NCBI GenBank assembly: GCA_032718475.1
Contig: JAUCBJ010004628.1
Coordinates: forward strand, 1-51,255
Origin: Nemertoderma westbladi
Lineage: Eukaryota; Animalia; Xenacoelomorpha
DNA length: 51,255 bases
Reading direction: 5' to 3'
The position numbers and the translations under genes were made by a program. Below are positions 36,186-49,353 of this stretch, piece after piece. Under the pieces are notes generated by a model. That model ran no database searches and was not told the origin of the DNA. It was given only the letters and a program-made list of their open reading frames with translations. Each line of letters begins with the position of its first letter. Positions within the stretch are counted from its first letter, which is position 1.

Positions 36186-38092
36186 TCCTCCCGAATCGAA
36201 AAGTAAGGCATCACACCGTATAGCTCATTAAATTTTAGTCAATACACAAATATTTTACCCTTGTTACAGACATCATTAGTGCATTTTACAAAGCAAACTA
36301 ACCCAGGAAAACACTTCTGGATATGTAATGTGCATTATAACTTTGAATTTGATTTTCCCGAAAAAGAATATTTTAGTGTGATGTCCATTTTTCGGTACCA
36401 TTTTTGGGTGCAGGAGTTCGGGGGACAGTACATAAATTTGTCACTTGGGGTAGTTTTTTATACTGAATTCGATGAATGGAACGGTTTTTCCAAAAAACTC
36501 TTTGATTTTCTTCAAAATTGCATAACATTTTGAAAATAATGAAAAATTTCACTTTTTTTATTTTTCAAAGTTATATTGCACCCATGCGCGACAACGAAGC
36601 AAAATTTTGAAAATCCATTCCATTCATTTTGTTCGCCGTAAAATTCTGAGTCAGTGATCCAATTTTCAAGTCCTGGTTCTCTTTTATTAAAAAAATAATG
36701 GTACCGAAAAAATGTAAAAGTTTAACTTAAATCATTAAGGAACTTACAAAGTGTTCATCTCCCCTTAATAGATTATTTAGATATTTGAAAAAGAAAATTA
36801 AGCTGAAATATTCACAATTTGACGAAAGTAGCTAGGTAGTTTTGCATTTTCCCGGAGTTCGGTGCCAGAGCAGTCTCTCGTCCTCTTGCCAAATATTGAT
36901 CGTAGAGCAAAATTTTGTACTTTTTCCTAGGTTATATAATGTTTCTTTGAAGCCATGTACATCATGGATGGTACGGTAAAGTTAGTGCTTTGTATAGATT
37001 TATTTTTAGCGGATTACTACTGTAAGTTGCCCTTTAATATTCCGTAGATAAAATATATGCTAAGACTCATTTTCTGAATCATGTTTATGATGTGGTCTGT
37101 ATATTGGAGTTTATTATCTATATAGTAATTCCAAGGTATTTCGCATCTTGTAACGGGAACAGTTCCGTATGCAAAACATATCTACTAAAAAAAAACTTTC
37201 AAAAAAAAATGTTTATATATAATAAATCATGTTTTGAAGAATTACTGTAATAGCTAGTCGATTAGCTAATGTTCTAAAACACAATATTTTTTTTTTAAAT
37301 GTTGTAATGAAGTCAGTGGTACTGTACATATTACTATGCAAAAAGTACGTCATGTAATTAATTAATATCAAATGCGACTGCATCCGGAACTCTAGCCTTT
37401 GTACTGTAACTGAGGTATTTGAAGTGTTCGTGATAAATTAAGTTTTATATTTGTGTTCGAATCTTGTGGCTGCCTAATATTTGGAGAAATTAATATCAAT
37501 TCGGTTTTACTTGAGTTCAGAGCTAAGTTGTGTTTGGTAAATATTTTTTGGATTTTATTGTCTAGTTTGCTTAACTTTTTGGTTGCTTCTTGTGGATTTG
37601 GGTCCGCAATGAATAAACTTGTGTCATCTGCGTATTGTAAAACGTTATTGTTCAGTAATTCTGGAATTTTGTTGGTATGGAGCTGAGAGTGTAAATAAAA
37701 GTGGCCCTAAAATTGTTCCCTGAGGTACTCCTCGCCGTTCTGTTAACCATGAAGAAATAAATATACAGTACATTTATAAAAATACATATAAAGTAAGTAA
37801 ATAAAGTAAATAAATACATATAAATATATAAGCATAAGCATATAAAACATATAATATGTATATATAAATAAATAAATATACACCCGTAATAGTTAATATC
37901 AATATTAATGAAATAATGTAACAACTACCTTATATAGTTATTTAAAATAATATTGTAATATTGTATGTCAGAAAATGGATCAATGAACAGTAACAAAAAA
38001 ACACTTTCATAATTTATGTATAATATAACGCATAATGTACCAGTGCCACTATATCTACGATCTCGTCTATAATACAATACATTGAGGCTAAA

Positions 38093-40069
38093 ATGATAAG
38101 ACAGGCAAAATTCCATATTTCACAACGCCTGTTCACTCCATGCACCGACGATGGGGAAATTGGGCAAGATTGCATTAATAAGCGCGAACGAATGAGATTG
38201 CAAGATATGCCACATCCAAAAATGGATAGAGTAGTTACCCATTCAACTGCAATTGCAAAACAAAGGTGCATGTTTGAACACATTGCAATGAAACTCACCG
38301 CAAAAGGTTCAAACGGTGTCCACCATGTAAATATTGCACAGATTCAAGGATTCACCAAGTCTAGGGAGGATTTGAACCTTGAAATCCAGTTAAATATAGA
38401 AGCCAAGTATTCAAATTTGAACGTTCAACTGACAGTAATACCAATTGGTTTCCAAAACAAAAAGCAAAAGTTGAAAGTTTTCTCTTATGAAGAAGGAAAT
38501 ACGGAGGGAAAAATCAAATTGGTGTTTTATTTTAAAGATGAAAAAGATGAAGCATATATGAGTTTGGTTAAAGGATTGAGTGCAATGACAAATACAGTTA
38601 GGTGGAAATTCTCCAAAGAGTCTATCCTACCTCGCACCATAAAGTGTGGTATGATTACCACATTTAATAAATGTGGTATGAATTCCGATGGTACAAAGTT
38701 TCATCTGAACCTCATGTACAGAGGAAAAAGACCGACAAATCCCGTTCCCAATCTACTTAGGGCTGCAGTAATCTGGGTCGAAGCGTTTGGTTTCGGTCAT
38801 TATGACCTGTATGAGGAGGATCCTGGTAAAATTGATTGTTCACAAATACAAAGTGATGATTATGTTGGGAAAACTCAAGTGGCAATGCAAAGTGAGTTTT
38901 TGTACAATATTACACAAAAAAATATTCTTCCTAATTGGGAAGATACAGACGATAAACGAATCCGACAAATGGTCTGTAACATAGTTGTCGGATGTTTTCG
39001 AAATCACGTTAGAGATAATCATAGATGTCATGATGAACAAGATAGTAATCCATTGTGCAGATTCTTTGACAATCATATTCGTAAGGCAATGGAACTCGGT
39101 GAGTACCAACCGGTACCTACAGTAGAACCCACTGTCAAGTATCTACCGGTGCCTAGCGGTACCTAGAACCTAAGTGTCTACCGGTACCTAGAACATTAGG
39201 TACCGGTAGCATCTTATTTGGACTATACAGTACCTCACGGTAAGACAGATAAGCTTCAGACACCTGGACTGCATTTGAAGCGAGAATGCCATGTTGCAAG
39301 CTCTGCAAACGCGCAAATTCTCGAGGGATTGAACTGGGGTGCCATTCTGGCACTTTCGAACAAGAGAGGGGGTGAAGTTGAGTTATTGCGCTTCTCTAAG
39401 TGGGTGTGAATTTATATATATTCCAGCCCCAAATCTACTTTAAATATTTAATTGTGAGTCAGAAATTTTGCCATAGTCGTAGAACAATTGTTTACATCTC
39501 CAGATTCCCTTTAATTCTCAAAATATTTCAGCGACGAAATACCGAATAGACACCGAACAGGAGGTTATGGAGGATAGAATCGTACGATTGTTTAAACCGA
39601 ATGCGCGTAAAAGAGATAGCTCAATACCAGGTTATTATTGTTTAGTGAAGAATCGTAACCAGGTTTTTATTATATACCGGTAGTACTGGATATATTCAGT
39701 ACCGAGAATTACAAACCGATTAATCCAATGTTAGATAAGTTGTTAGATAAGATGTTAGATAGCAAGTCGGTGTTTGTGTGTATGTTTAAAAAATCTTCAA
39801 TGTTGATAATTCTGTATGTGTTTCTGTAGGTTTACTGTACCTTTAGTTTATGCCGAATTTCATTTTTACAGGCAATAAAGGGAAGAGCAATGGAGACGCT
39901 ACTGATAGTTCGGAGGAACTAGTGATGGATGAGGTTACGGCAAACAATAGGTAAGAGTTGTAAAAGGGAAAATAACTGGTCAGGAAAGGTATTTCCTATT
40001 GGTTCTGTTTGCCAATAAACTTTGGTTATGTGGCATAGCAGATTAATTGGTTTGTTTGTTTTTAGCTAA
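38093..40069 (+). CDS. Uncharacterised ~360-aa protein; one large and two small coding exons
   Basis: 1-kb open frame from 38093; donor CTCG|gtgagt at 39098 (phase 1) to exon 39872-39950 (tttttacag|..|gtaaga; GNKGKSNGDATDSSEELVMDEVTANN), then tttttag|C TAA at 40066-40069. No family recognised; start codon uncertain. Confidence 0.6.
39335..39655. repeat. Dispersed repeat with a diverged copy at ~43415-43735
   Basis: Shared blocks GGGTGC.ATTCTGGCACT, TATATATATT.CAGCCCCAA, CTTTAATTCTCAAAATATTTCAG and CCAGGTTATTATT in the same order and orientation. Confidence 0.7.
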
Positions 40070-42107
40070 TAGGATGATCCATCCCTCATAGAGTCGTGGT
40101 AACAGAACATTGGAATGTTGCCACTAGGCCTATAGGTATATAATCACAATACAATATGGGCATGGGGTGGCCTGGAAATTTGAATTTCCCGGTACCTTGT
40201 ACGGCGAGTTTTGGGCAGGTCTTTCATTGGTTACGGTTCTTTAAGTAATTAGGCCTACATTCAAATAAACGTGCCATTGGATGGTTTCCCCCTACCCTAC
40301 ACCAATGAATGGCTTGTCCAAATCTCACCCAACAAGGAACCTAGAAATTCAAACTTCTAGAAATTAATTTTTGGTCGACCATAAATTAATAATTTATGGC
40401 CGACCCTTAATACATTTTTGGTCGAGCATAAATTAATTTTTGGTCGACCATAAATTATGACGTCATGGAGAACTTCTGAAAAAAAAAAAAAAAAATGAAT
40501 TAATTTTCAAAGATCAGCCACTGTAACTTTGGGGTCTTTTACGGTATTTTTGTGTCATTTGGGGTGTTTTGTTGTAATTCGTAGGACCGTGAACTTCTGC
40601 CTAAGAAATCCAAAGATACACTTTATTATAAATAAAACAATATATTATTCGAAATAAAAACCCAACGAATAACACTCACTTCCACTTATTTTATTTAGCG
40701 AAATTCAGATATTCTACCCTCGTGTGTTGAGTGTTCTCAGTTGGCATTCTAAAAACTTGTCAACTCGTGTAAAACTCTGACAGAATAGTTGAATTTCGCT
40801 AAACTGAAAATGGTTGAAAATAAGCGGTGTTTTCCACTTACTTTTTTTTTATTGAATAATAGGGATAGTAGGCCTACTCCGCACTATTCTGGACCGAACT
40901 GGACCGCCAAATGAAAGATAATCTAAAAACTACCATCTATGCCGACAAGTGAAAATTAATATTGATTTTCATTTGGTCTTTTCATAGATTTTACATTTAG
41001 TTGCGTATAAGATGTCGCTAAATTAAGATTACTTTCTTCACATAAAACTCTTTTACTATAGGCCTTCCTACTAGACACTATTAACCGCACACTATAAAGG
41101 TAAACAATATCCTTATCGCATTTCCAGCTGCAGTGAGTGACAGATTACATACTAAGCGTTTCAAAAGTATTCAATTGTATCCTTTGGCGAAAAAATTTTG
41201 GTTGTTGCCAATTCAATTATGTTCAATTGCCCCGTTCAACAACATTACATTACACTGGTACACATTTGATAAAATGTGTTCACAATTGTACAAATCTGCG
41301 TTTTCTGGTGGCCTGTACTGTACTACTGACTTTTAGTACTGTATGATTCAAGTTGACCCCGTAATGATTTATAGCCGGAAAATTAAATTGTTTTTTTAAT
41401 AATAATAAAATATTTATAACAATAAATGACACGTTAAATAATCGACAAAAATAAATGACACGTTAAATAATCGACAACATTGTTCGACCACTTTAGGATT
41501 AGCTTTAGTTATATAGTTCTAGGTCAGCATTGTTTGGTACTATTTAGCTTTATACCATTTTATAAAACACGACTACAAATTATCAGGGATAGCATAACGA
41601 AACGAAAGAAATTTAAATTTCGTTTCGTTTTCAAAAATTTCGTTTCGTTTTTACAAATCCATTTCGTTTCATTGATTTTAAATTCGTTTTTCGTTTCGAT
41701 TCGTTTCGTTTTCTTCTATAATGTTTGATTCTACTGTATGAAATAAAAGTTTGAAATATAACAATAATAAATAATAATAAAATAATAATAATAAAATAAA
41801 TGAAAAATAATAAATATAAGTACTAGTAGGCGCACCGAGAAGGTTTCGGGGTTTATAGATTGCAGTATTTTGCGTGCGGATAGTTTAGTAGTTGCGTTCA
41901 ATGCAGCATTGATAGACGGTACCGGAAGCCGAAGTACTGTACAGTAGTATAGGCCTAGTCTATGTAACAAATGCAGAAATGTAACTTAATATAAATATAC
42001 CTGCGCGGGGCTTAATACAGTAATCTACCTGGTGGGCTGGTGCACAAAATACTGAAATCTATACACATACAGATGGGTGACTGGTACTGGTAAAAGCAGT
42101 GCAGCAG

Positions 42108-42470
42108 GGTTGGGTTCAACCTTCGCCCGCGTACAACCTGCGCCCTCGTCCAATCTTTGCCCGCGTCCAACCTTCGCCCGGGGGAACCTTTGCCCAGGGC
42201 AAACCTTCGCCCGCAAGGCAATCTTCGCCCAATAAGATTGGTGATAGTAACCATTTTAGTTACCGATTGAGGTAAAGGAGCAGGTTATAGAGACGGATTT
42301 TTCTAACCAAAACAGTAATTGCTTAGTGGGCGGAGGTTGCTCGTGGGCGACGATTGCCTGCGGGCGAAGGTTCCGCCGAGTGACAGTTGCTCATTTTGAG
42401 GGCGAAGATTGCTCCGGGTGAAGATTGGACGCGGGCGAAGCTTTCTCGCGGGCGACGTTTGCTGCGTACC
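42108..42470. mobile_element. MITE with 8-bp TSD and AACCTTCGCCCG subterminal repeats
   Basis: GGT...ACC termini, imperfect 24-bp TIR, TSD TGCAGCAG (42100-42107, 42471-42478). Confidence 0.8.
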
Positions 42471-42867
42471 TGCAGCAGCAGTGTTAGAAGAAAGTAATCT
42501 TAATTTAGCGATTTTTTACACGCAACTAAATTTACAGTATGAAATGACCATTTCAATATTTTATTTATTGTTACCTGTCTGCATGGATGGTTGTTTACAG
42601 ATTATCTTTCATTTGGCGGTCTAGTTCGTCACACATTCGATCCAGTTCGCCACACATTCGATCCACTTCGATCCAGATTCGTGTATAGTACTGTACTATA
42701 TCCACTATATTTTCTTCAATTAATTATGAAAGTGGCCAGGAAAATTATCCTATCATTATCATTATAATGGGGATTTACATAGCTGATCGCGAACTGTGGA
42801 TTTGTTGCATTGTAGGGCTGAGTTTGAACATCAACATGGAGAGAATCGCGCGGTCCGCAGTCGCGAT

Positions 42868-42937
42868 ATGTGGGCGGATAGTGCAGCCGATTTCTGTTAC
42901 GGGGAGGAGAATGATGGTCCAGACTTCGATAAGACAG
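42868..42937 (+). CDS. Candidate first coding exon of a + strand gene running beyond the window
   Basis: Donor ACAG|gttcgt; MWADSAADFCYGEENDGPDFDKT (phase 1) fits the downstream phase-1 exons; an alternative frame from ATG 42836 is also open. Confidence 0.3.
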
Positions 42938-44664
42938 GTTCGTGCTACCGGTGTCACAGGCGAAAATGTCCCCCCGCGCGGAATGCACCTCCGCGCATTT
43001 TTCTAGCGCCAAATGCCCCCCCAGAGCATTTTCACACCAGATTTCGAGAGTGGCGGTCCGAAACCTAATTCAAAGTGAAATGGCGGCCCTAAACCCTAAT
43101 TAAAACCGTCATGTAACCCTAACCCGAATTACAATTGGCCCTTCGGGCCAATGGCAAGGGTACAAAATTCCACAAAATTTCTTAGATTTTGACCTATAGA
43201 TTGACCTATATTTTGACCTTAGATTTCTTCGATTTTCGACTACAGTTAGGCCTATTTACCGTATACAGTACCAGTATGTATCTTATATCATTGACATATA
43301 TACATAGATATCATATGTTTATACTGTACCTGTAGCCAAAGCGTACTAGAAAGTATAACTTTATAGTCCTGGTAACACTTGCCTGTTGGCTGAATTTAGT
43401 GTTTGTATTGCACTTGGGTGCGATTCTGGCACTCTCAAACACGAGAGGGGTCGAATTGAGTTATAGTAGCACTACTCCAAATGTGTGGTGAATTTCAATT
43501 TATATATATTGCAGCCCCAAGTCTACTTGAAATATTGGATTGTGAGCCAGGAATTATGCCATAGTCGTGAACAATTGTTTATATCTCCAGTTTCTCTTTA
43601 ATTCTCAAAATATTTCAGGAACGAAATTCCGAAAAGACACCAAACATGAGGTTAAGAAGGATAGAGGGAAGATTGAACCGAATACGTGGAGAAGAGAATA
43701 CTGCATTCCAGGTTATTATTTTTCAGTGAAGAATATAAGAAAAATAATAACTATATGTGGCTGGCCACGAGAAAAGGGACCTTATGTCGCAAAATCTGAA
43801 TCTGAGATAATCGCGTTTAAAGTTTCCCTCTATTTTTGAACAAATTTAATTGGATTATCGATTTAGAAATGTGTGGCTGGCCACGAGAAAAGGGACCTTA
43901 TGTCACCGGAGGACGATTTTGAGTTATTAGGCCTATGAGATGCAGAATTTTCCAGAGATTTTAACAAAAAAACGGTGTCTCAATATCTATTTCCAAAAAA
44001 AAGTTATAGCGATTTATGTGAAGGTGAATCGGGTAGCTCTTTTCAAAATAATTTTGTTATTAAATAAATGGAAATATTAATAATATCATAGCAATTTTTA
44101 CTATATACTGTAGTTAGGCACCTCAATGTTATTCGGCTTTTTATACAACTTTTAGACTATGGAAATTTACAGTATGGGATTCATTCTTCAGTGTCACTTA
44201 ATATCGCAGTAGGTGCTTACAAAATTTCAGAACTAACGAACAGAAATTAACAAAATGACAGCATTGAACATTGCATTTAAAAAATAACTGTAGGCCTAGG
44301 CCTACAGTACCTACATACTGTATTAGTACAATTTATTACAGTCCTAAATTCAGACATGAAAACCCTAAAACAGTGGGATATACAATACTGCAACATCATA
44401 TATTGCTACTTGTAATTTAGTTATTTCTTAGGTATATTGAATATCAGAACCAATTTGAATTTCCCTCATCGTTTTATACAATATATCCAATTTAAGTAAT
44501 AAAGTAGCCCTGCATCTCACGCCGGCTCGCTCGAGTGGGAATATTTCCACGAATGAGCGTAACGAGTGAGTGAAATACAGTTTGAAACGAGAGCCTGAAA
44601 GTGAAATACCGGTACTTTATTGAATTCGAACATGTCGTTTTAGTTTTATTAATTATAAATCACA

Positions 44665-45630
44665 TATTACTCCCGTATAAGAGTAATGATACTACTACTA
44701 ATACCATAAATAATCGAACCTTGAGGTTCCGTTTTATTCTATGGGACTTCCAAATCCTGGAAAACCCATTCAATACAACCCATGCCATGGGGTCTATTCA
44801 CTTATAAAAATACGTAACCGAAGGTCTTCACCTGATTTCCGGATCCATGATCCCAGGTAACGGAAGTCGTCCTTCGTCCACATGCTCAAGCATACCATCC
44901 GTTGAGCTTTTATGCTCATACGATCAGACATTTCTTGAAGGCTGTCAAGGTTCACTTTCGAAATAAATTTTGGTTTTATTGGAGTTAACGAAAAGACCAA
45001 TACTAGAAGCAGCCTATTCTAATCAGCTGATGAGCCGTTGGGCTCCCTCTAGTGATCCTGAATGTACTCCATGGTACTCCTAAGTTATCAGCAAAGTCTA
45101 GTTAGGTACTTGGCAGGATTTCCTCGACTTCTGGAGGCAGGAGGGGGTTTCCATCACCCCATCATCATTATGATGATATAAGGACATGCGTATAACATAG
45201 TCAACCACAATTATGAATAAGAATGGTGCAAGTGTATCACACTGGAGGACTCCCAATATCACTTCTAATGGATGGATCTGTGTCACCGTCAACTTATCAT
45301 TCTAAGTGCCAAAATCGGCTCCATTGTCCCTCTACTTTTATGGAACCCATTCTGATTTCCACGTAGCAGTTTCTAAATGGGATCCCTGATGCGATTTAAT
45401 AGAGTTCTGATTGTATAGCGAGGCAGCAATTGAGATCATTGAGATTTGAGATTCCCCGAAAATAACCATAGAGTGTTAGGTTGCCCTTCTTGGGAACTGG
45501 CACCAACTTATTTGTTTTCATTTCCTGCAGGACTCTTGTCGTTCTGTACATGTCTACTATGATGGGGTAAATAAGCTCCAAAAACTCAGGAATTTTAAAG
45601 ACCTCAGGGGGGACACCATCTACTGTAGAC
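44665..45630 (-). mobile_element. RTE-clade LINE fragment (RT region)
   Basis: VDGVPPEVFK, LVPVPKKGNL..FRGIS, GVLQCDTLAPFLFIIVVDYVIR, YLGSWIRKSGEDLR; similar to 5728-6778. Confidence 0.85.
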
Positions 45631-45761
45631 CACTGGAACGATTGGTCTTAATGCTAATTAACATTAACATTAATTACATTAATTGTAATTATAATGATCA
45701 GTATAGTGGCAGTATTTCTGTATTCCTTACGGTGTTTTGTTGTTGTTGGTTTTGTTGTAAG

Positions 45762-46026
45762 CTGTCTTACATGATTACAAAGGCCATAAAAATGTAGTCA
45801 AGGCCGTCGTTATTGATAATGGTGAGGGCGAGACAACATCTCGTATCGTAACGTTACATTGTGATAACACATACAAGGATATAACAAAGTTAGTTTAGGG
45901 TTAACTCTCACACTTGTTATATTTCAGAACCGAAAATCCAAGACACTTACGAGTCATCAGACTCAGACACTCAGTATCAGAGTCAGAATTATCGCATGTT
46001 TTCAGAGATTGCCGATCACATTCCAG
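45762..46026 (+). CDS. Two candidate internal exons (45762-45821, 45928-46026)
   Basis: ttgttgtaag|..|gtgagg (60 nt) and tatatttcag|..|gttagt (99 nt); both open in phase 1: VLHDYKGHKNVVKAVVIDN-E-PKIQDTYESSDSDTQYQSQNYRMFSEIADHIP. Confidence 0.4.
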
Positions 46027-46259
46027 GTTAGTGAAGAATAAGTTATTTACTAGAACTTCTCAAAACTACGCCCTACGAATAATTTACGGTAAAACAATAA
46101 GGTACAGTACGGGATCCGAACTACGCAAGCGAGGTAACGTGCCACTACTATCAGCCGGCCGAGAATACCACCGTCGAATATTTTTATTTAACTACATAAA
46201 AACACTATCAAAGCCATTTAAACACAAAATAGATATGGCTTTGATATTATAGTTTTGTC

Positions 46260-46530
46260 GGCCCATGTGAAGGATACCAGACTTTCTGTCGTTATATTTC
46301 ACTTTGCAGTTACCCCCATGTGAGAATACCAGGTTTTCACTAAAACACAGGTTACAGAAGGGCTGAATCTAACCAAAACAATAAACTAATTAGTATATGT
46401 ACAGGTTATAAGACAGAAATAAGCGCTATAAAACACTTAATAAAGATAAATTAAAAAAAATAAAAAATCTTCATATATAAAATTCCCATAAAATGTCGAC
46501 CGAAAAGTGAAATCCTGGTATTCTTCACAT
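46260..46530. mobile_element. Uninterrupted copy of the 23826-25329 MITE
   Basis: GGCCCATGTGAAGGATACCAG ... CTGGTATTCTTCACAT; body closely similar to 25059-25325. Confidence 0.75.
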
Positions 46531-47348
46531 CATAATTACATAATTACACATCATAATTAACATACAATTACAGTATTCCTTTACTTTAAAAGTAAACTGT
46601 ACATCGATGTTACAAGGTAGCATTGGTCTTACGACGCTATTGATTTTAATTATCAGTAAATACTTATGTATCAACTGCCTCAAATGTATTTCTATACGTT
46701 GAGTTTTAATGAATAAAGAGTAGACGAGTGGGGCCTTCGTGCAGCAAAAGCTACAAGCCATCTTAGCGAACAATTATAATTATACTATGGCTAGTTATAT
46801 ATTGGCTTCCGACACACGCACACTAACAGACTTTTGGAAAACGGCCATTGTATAATTATAACAGTTCTCTAATGGCTCGCAGTTTTGACTCGCCCCACAT
46901 TCAATTCAATTCAATTAAACGAACCTGCCCATCAAACCAGTAATCTGAGTGAGCTGTTCCGGTTCTCTAAAAATTCGAAGAAGCTGAGAGAACAAAAAAA
47001 TTATCTATTTGATCTCTCGGCCACTATTACTTGGACAGATAACAATGTATTATTATATATTAGAATGGAACTTTAATAGTCCAAAGGTAGAGAATTTGTT
47101 GACGAAGTTAGATAGATTTGTTATATCTAATATTATGATGTTGGAAAAAGTGTTTTTAATATATTTCTTTTCAAAAGCCTTTAAACACTTTCCCCTGGTA
47201 TGATGGGCGGCACCATGCAGACAATATCTAGGTTTGCAATAATTACAGGAAGCCTATTACAAACTCTAATGACCTATCCTGCTATCAGCTAGAGCCAATG
47301 TCAATATGTACATACATGTGCACATACATACTTACGTAGGCCTACTTA

Positions 47349-47734
47349 CTCGGCTCGATCGGTTCGACTCGCTCGATCGGTCCGACGCGACTCGATAGTT
47401 TCGACTCGGCTCGATAGTTTCGACTCGGCTCGATCGGTTCGAACCGGCTCGATCAGTTCGGCTCGATAGGTTCGACTCGGCTCAAACTGGCTCGAAAGGT
47501 TCGACTCGGCTCGATCCGGCTCGATTGGTTCGACTCGGCTTGATCGGTTCGAACCGGCTCGATCAGTTCGACTCGGCTCGATAGGTTCGACTCGGCTCGA
47601 TAGGTTCGACTCGGTTCGATCAGTTCGACTCGGCTCGATATGTTCGACTCGGCTCGATCTGGCTCGATAGGTTCGACTCAGATCGATCCGTTCGACTTGG
47701 CTCGATATGTTCTACTCGGCTCGATCGATTCGGC
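47349..47734. repeat. ~20-bp CpG-rich tandem repeat
   Basis: Unit GGTTCGACTCGGCTCGAT(C/A) built from 10-bp subunits. Confidence 0.9.
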
Positions 47735-47799
47735 ATTCTTAAATAGCGAAATTTATTACCATTTTGTGATTGGATGGAAGCAAGCTGTAGTTGATAGAA

Positions 47800-48360
47800 T
47801 TAAGATGGCTAATGATAATATACCTATAATAGTGGGCAATAATGGAGAGATGTTACATTCACTTACAGTACGTAATGAGGATAGCCAGAACTAGTGAAGA
47901 TATTGGGTTATTTGGGTTCACACATTTCAGCGATACTGACTCCGCTAAGGAGGTTACCTGAGAACCAAGTTCTACCGAGCCACAGTGGAACAGATATGGG
48001 GGGAAACTAGGCGCATTAAAAAGCCATCCCTCTCCAGGGGAAATTCGACACAAATAACAGCTGATTACTCTCAAAAATAAAACTGTAACCTGTTCTATTG
48101 TGTTCAGTTTATTGTTTTGGTTAAAATAACGTGCCACTGTAACCTGCTCCTTTCCCTAAATTGAGAATTTATCATTGAGGCGGGATATTAATTCGCCAAG
48201 ATGGTATTTGCGTCAAGTCCTCCCCCCCCCCCCCACACCCCCCTGTCTCCCAGTGGAAAGTGTACTTTTATATGGAGATGAGACCCGGAGAGTGAGGAAA
48301 TCACTTGAACAGCGAATTGATGGTTGCTACACAAGACTACAACAACTCAAAGCACGCGAG
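47800..48360 (+). mobile_element. Highly degraded RTE-like fragments
   Basis: GYLGSHI, LRTKFYRATVE and VESVLLYGDET..SLEQRIDGCYTRL in shifted frames. Confidence 0.45.
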
Positions 48361-49353
48361 AGTACCGGTAGTACCAAATAGTAATTGTAATGTTGTGTCC
48401 ATTGGTATGGTGTGGGGATTCGAGAAAGTAGATACATATATGTACGTAGGTATATATTGCCATAAATAAGATTATGCACCAAAAAATATAATGATAGGTT
48501 TACTGGAATGCAAACGAAATAAGACAAATACGTAGTTCGCTTAAATTTCCCCAATTATCGGTCTCAGGCTTGTCAAAATCCCTAAACATGTGAAAAGTAA
48601 GTATTCAATGTGAAAAGTGATAAGTACGCAATAACACATTTAGTAGTTGACACTCACAGTTGAATAGTACAGATTAGATTAGGATCATAAAATAGCATAA
48701 AGAAGATTACCAAGTATAACTATTAATTAGTACTTTACTATCTGTATCTTTAGTATCTATATAATTATATTTTTGCAGTTAGTAATATGAGCACATTTCT
48801 TGGGAACGGAGCAGCAGTTATTGCGTCTAACTGCCCGCCCGGGTCAGACAGTAAACACCGACATAAAGATTAAAGACAAAGGCCATGGAGACACTGCTGA
48901 TATTTCGGGGGATATAGTGACTGAGGCTGTTGAGGCGCACAATAGGTTGGAGTTGTAACCTACACCACTCCTACAAAATAATAACTTTCTGCTTCTGATT
49001 AAATAAGCACTATTGGTAACTATACATAGACTATTGTAAATGCATGAGAAATAGAAAAGAAAGTACAAATTCCGACTAAATTCTAAATTACTATTTATTT
49101 TACTATTTCGGGAATAGTATTGCAGCATACTGTCCGCGGCTTTAGGTCTGCCCGTAAACGCCCAGCAGGCCTACGGGACATCGCTCAAGCTTCTATCCGT
49201 TAAAAATGCTGATACTTAAACTTAAACTGTACCAGCTTAAACTAGTTTTGAAATTCCCGCGCGCACTACCATTAACAATAATTCTAAGCTAAGCAACATT
49301 GTACATGTACTGTACAGTAGCATTGTGGTGGGTGAGGTTCTTCCTTTTTTTAA

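Larger units (their letters stand above)
33593..36764 (+). mobile_element. TTAA-specific DNA transposon (Kolobok-type), 3172 bp
   Basis: 17-bp perfect TIR GGGGAGATGAACACTTT / AAAGTGTTCATCTCCCC with TTAA on both sides (33589-33592, 36765-36768); encloses a transposase. Confidence 0.85.
33360..37745 (-). mobile_element. Old CR1/L2-like LINE ORF2 remnant, split by the TTAA transposon
   Basis: Minus strand gives GVPQGTILGPLLF (~37695-37735), LQYADDTSLFI..LALNSSKTELI (~37495-37645), IDNKLQYTDHI (~37090-37125), FLFKYLNNLL|NPF across the insertion site and KLWNKLPKETRKSTSLPIFKSKL (~33390-33460). Confidence 0.7.

Noticed and set aside
45795-45825. Actin-like motif KAVVIDNG
   Set aside because: A splice donor follows and no GSG..KAG continuation or other actin sequence is found downstream.
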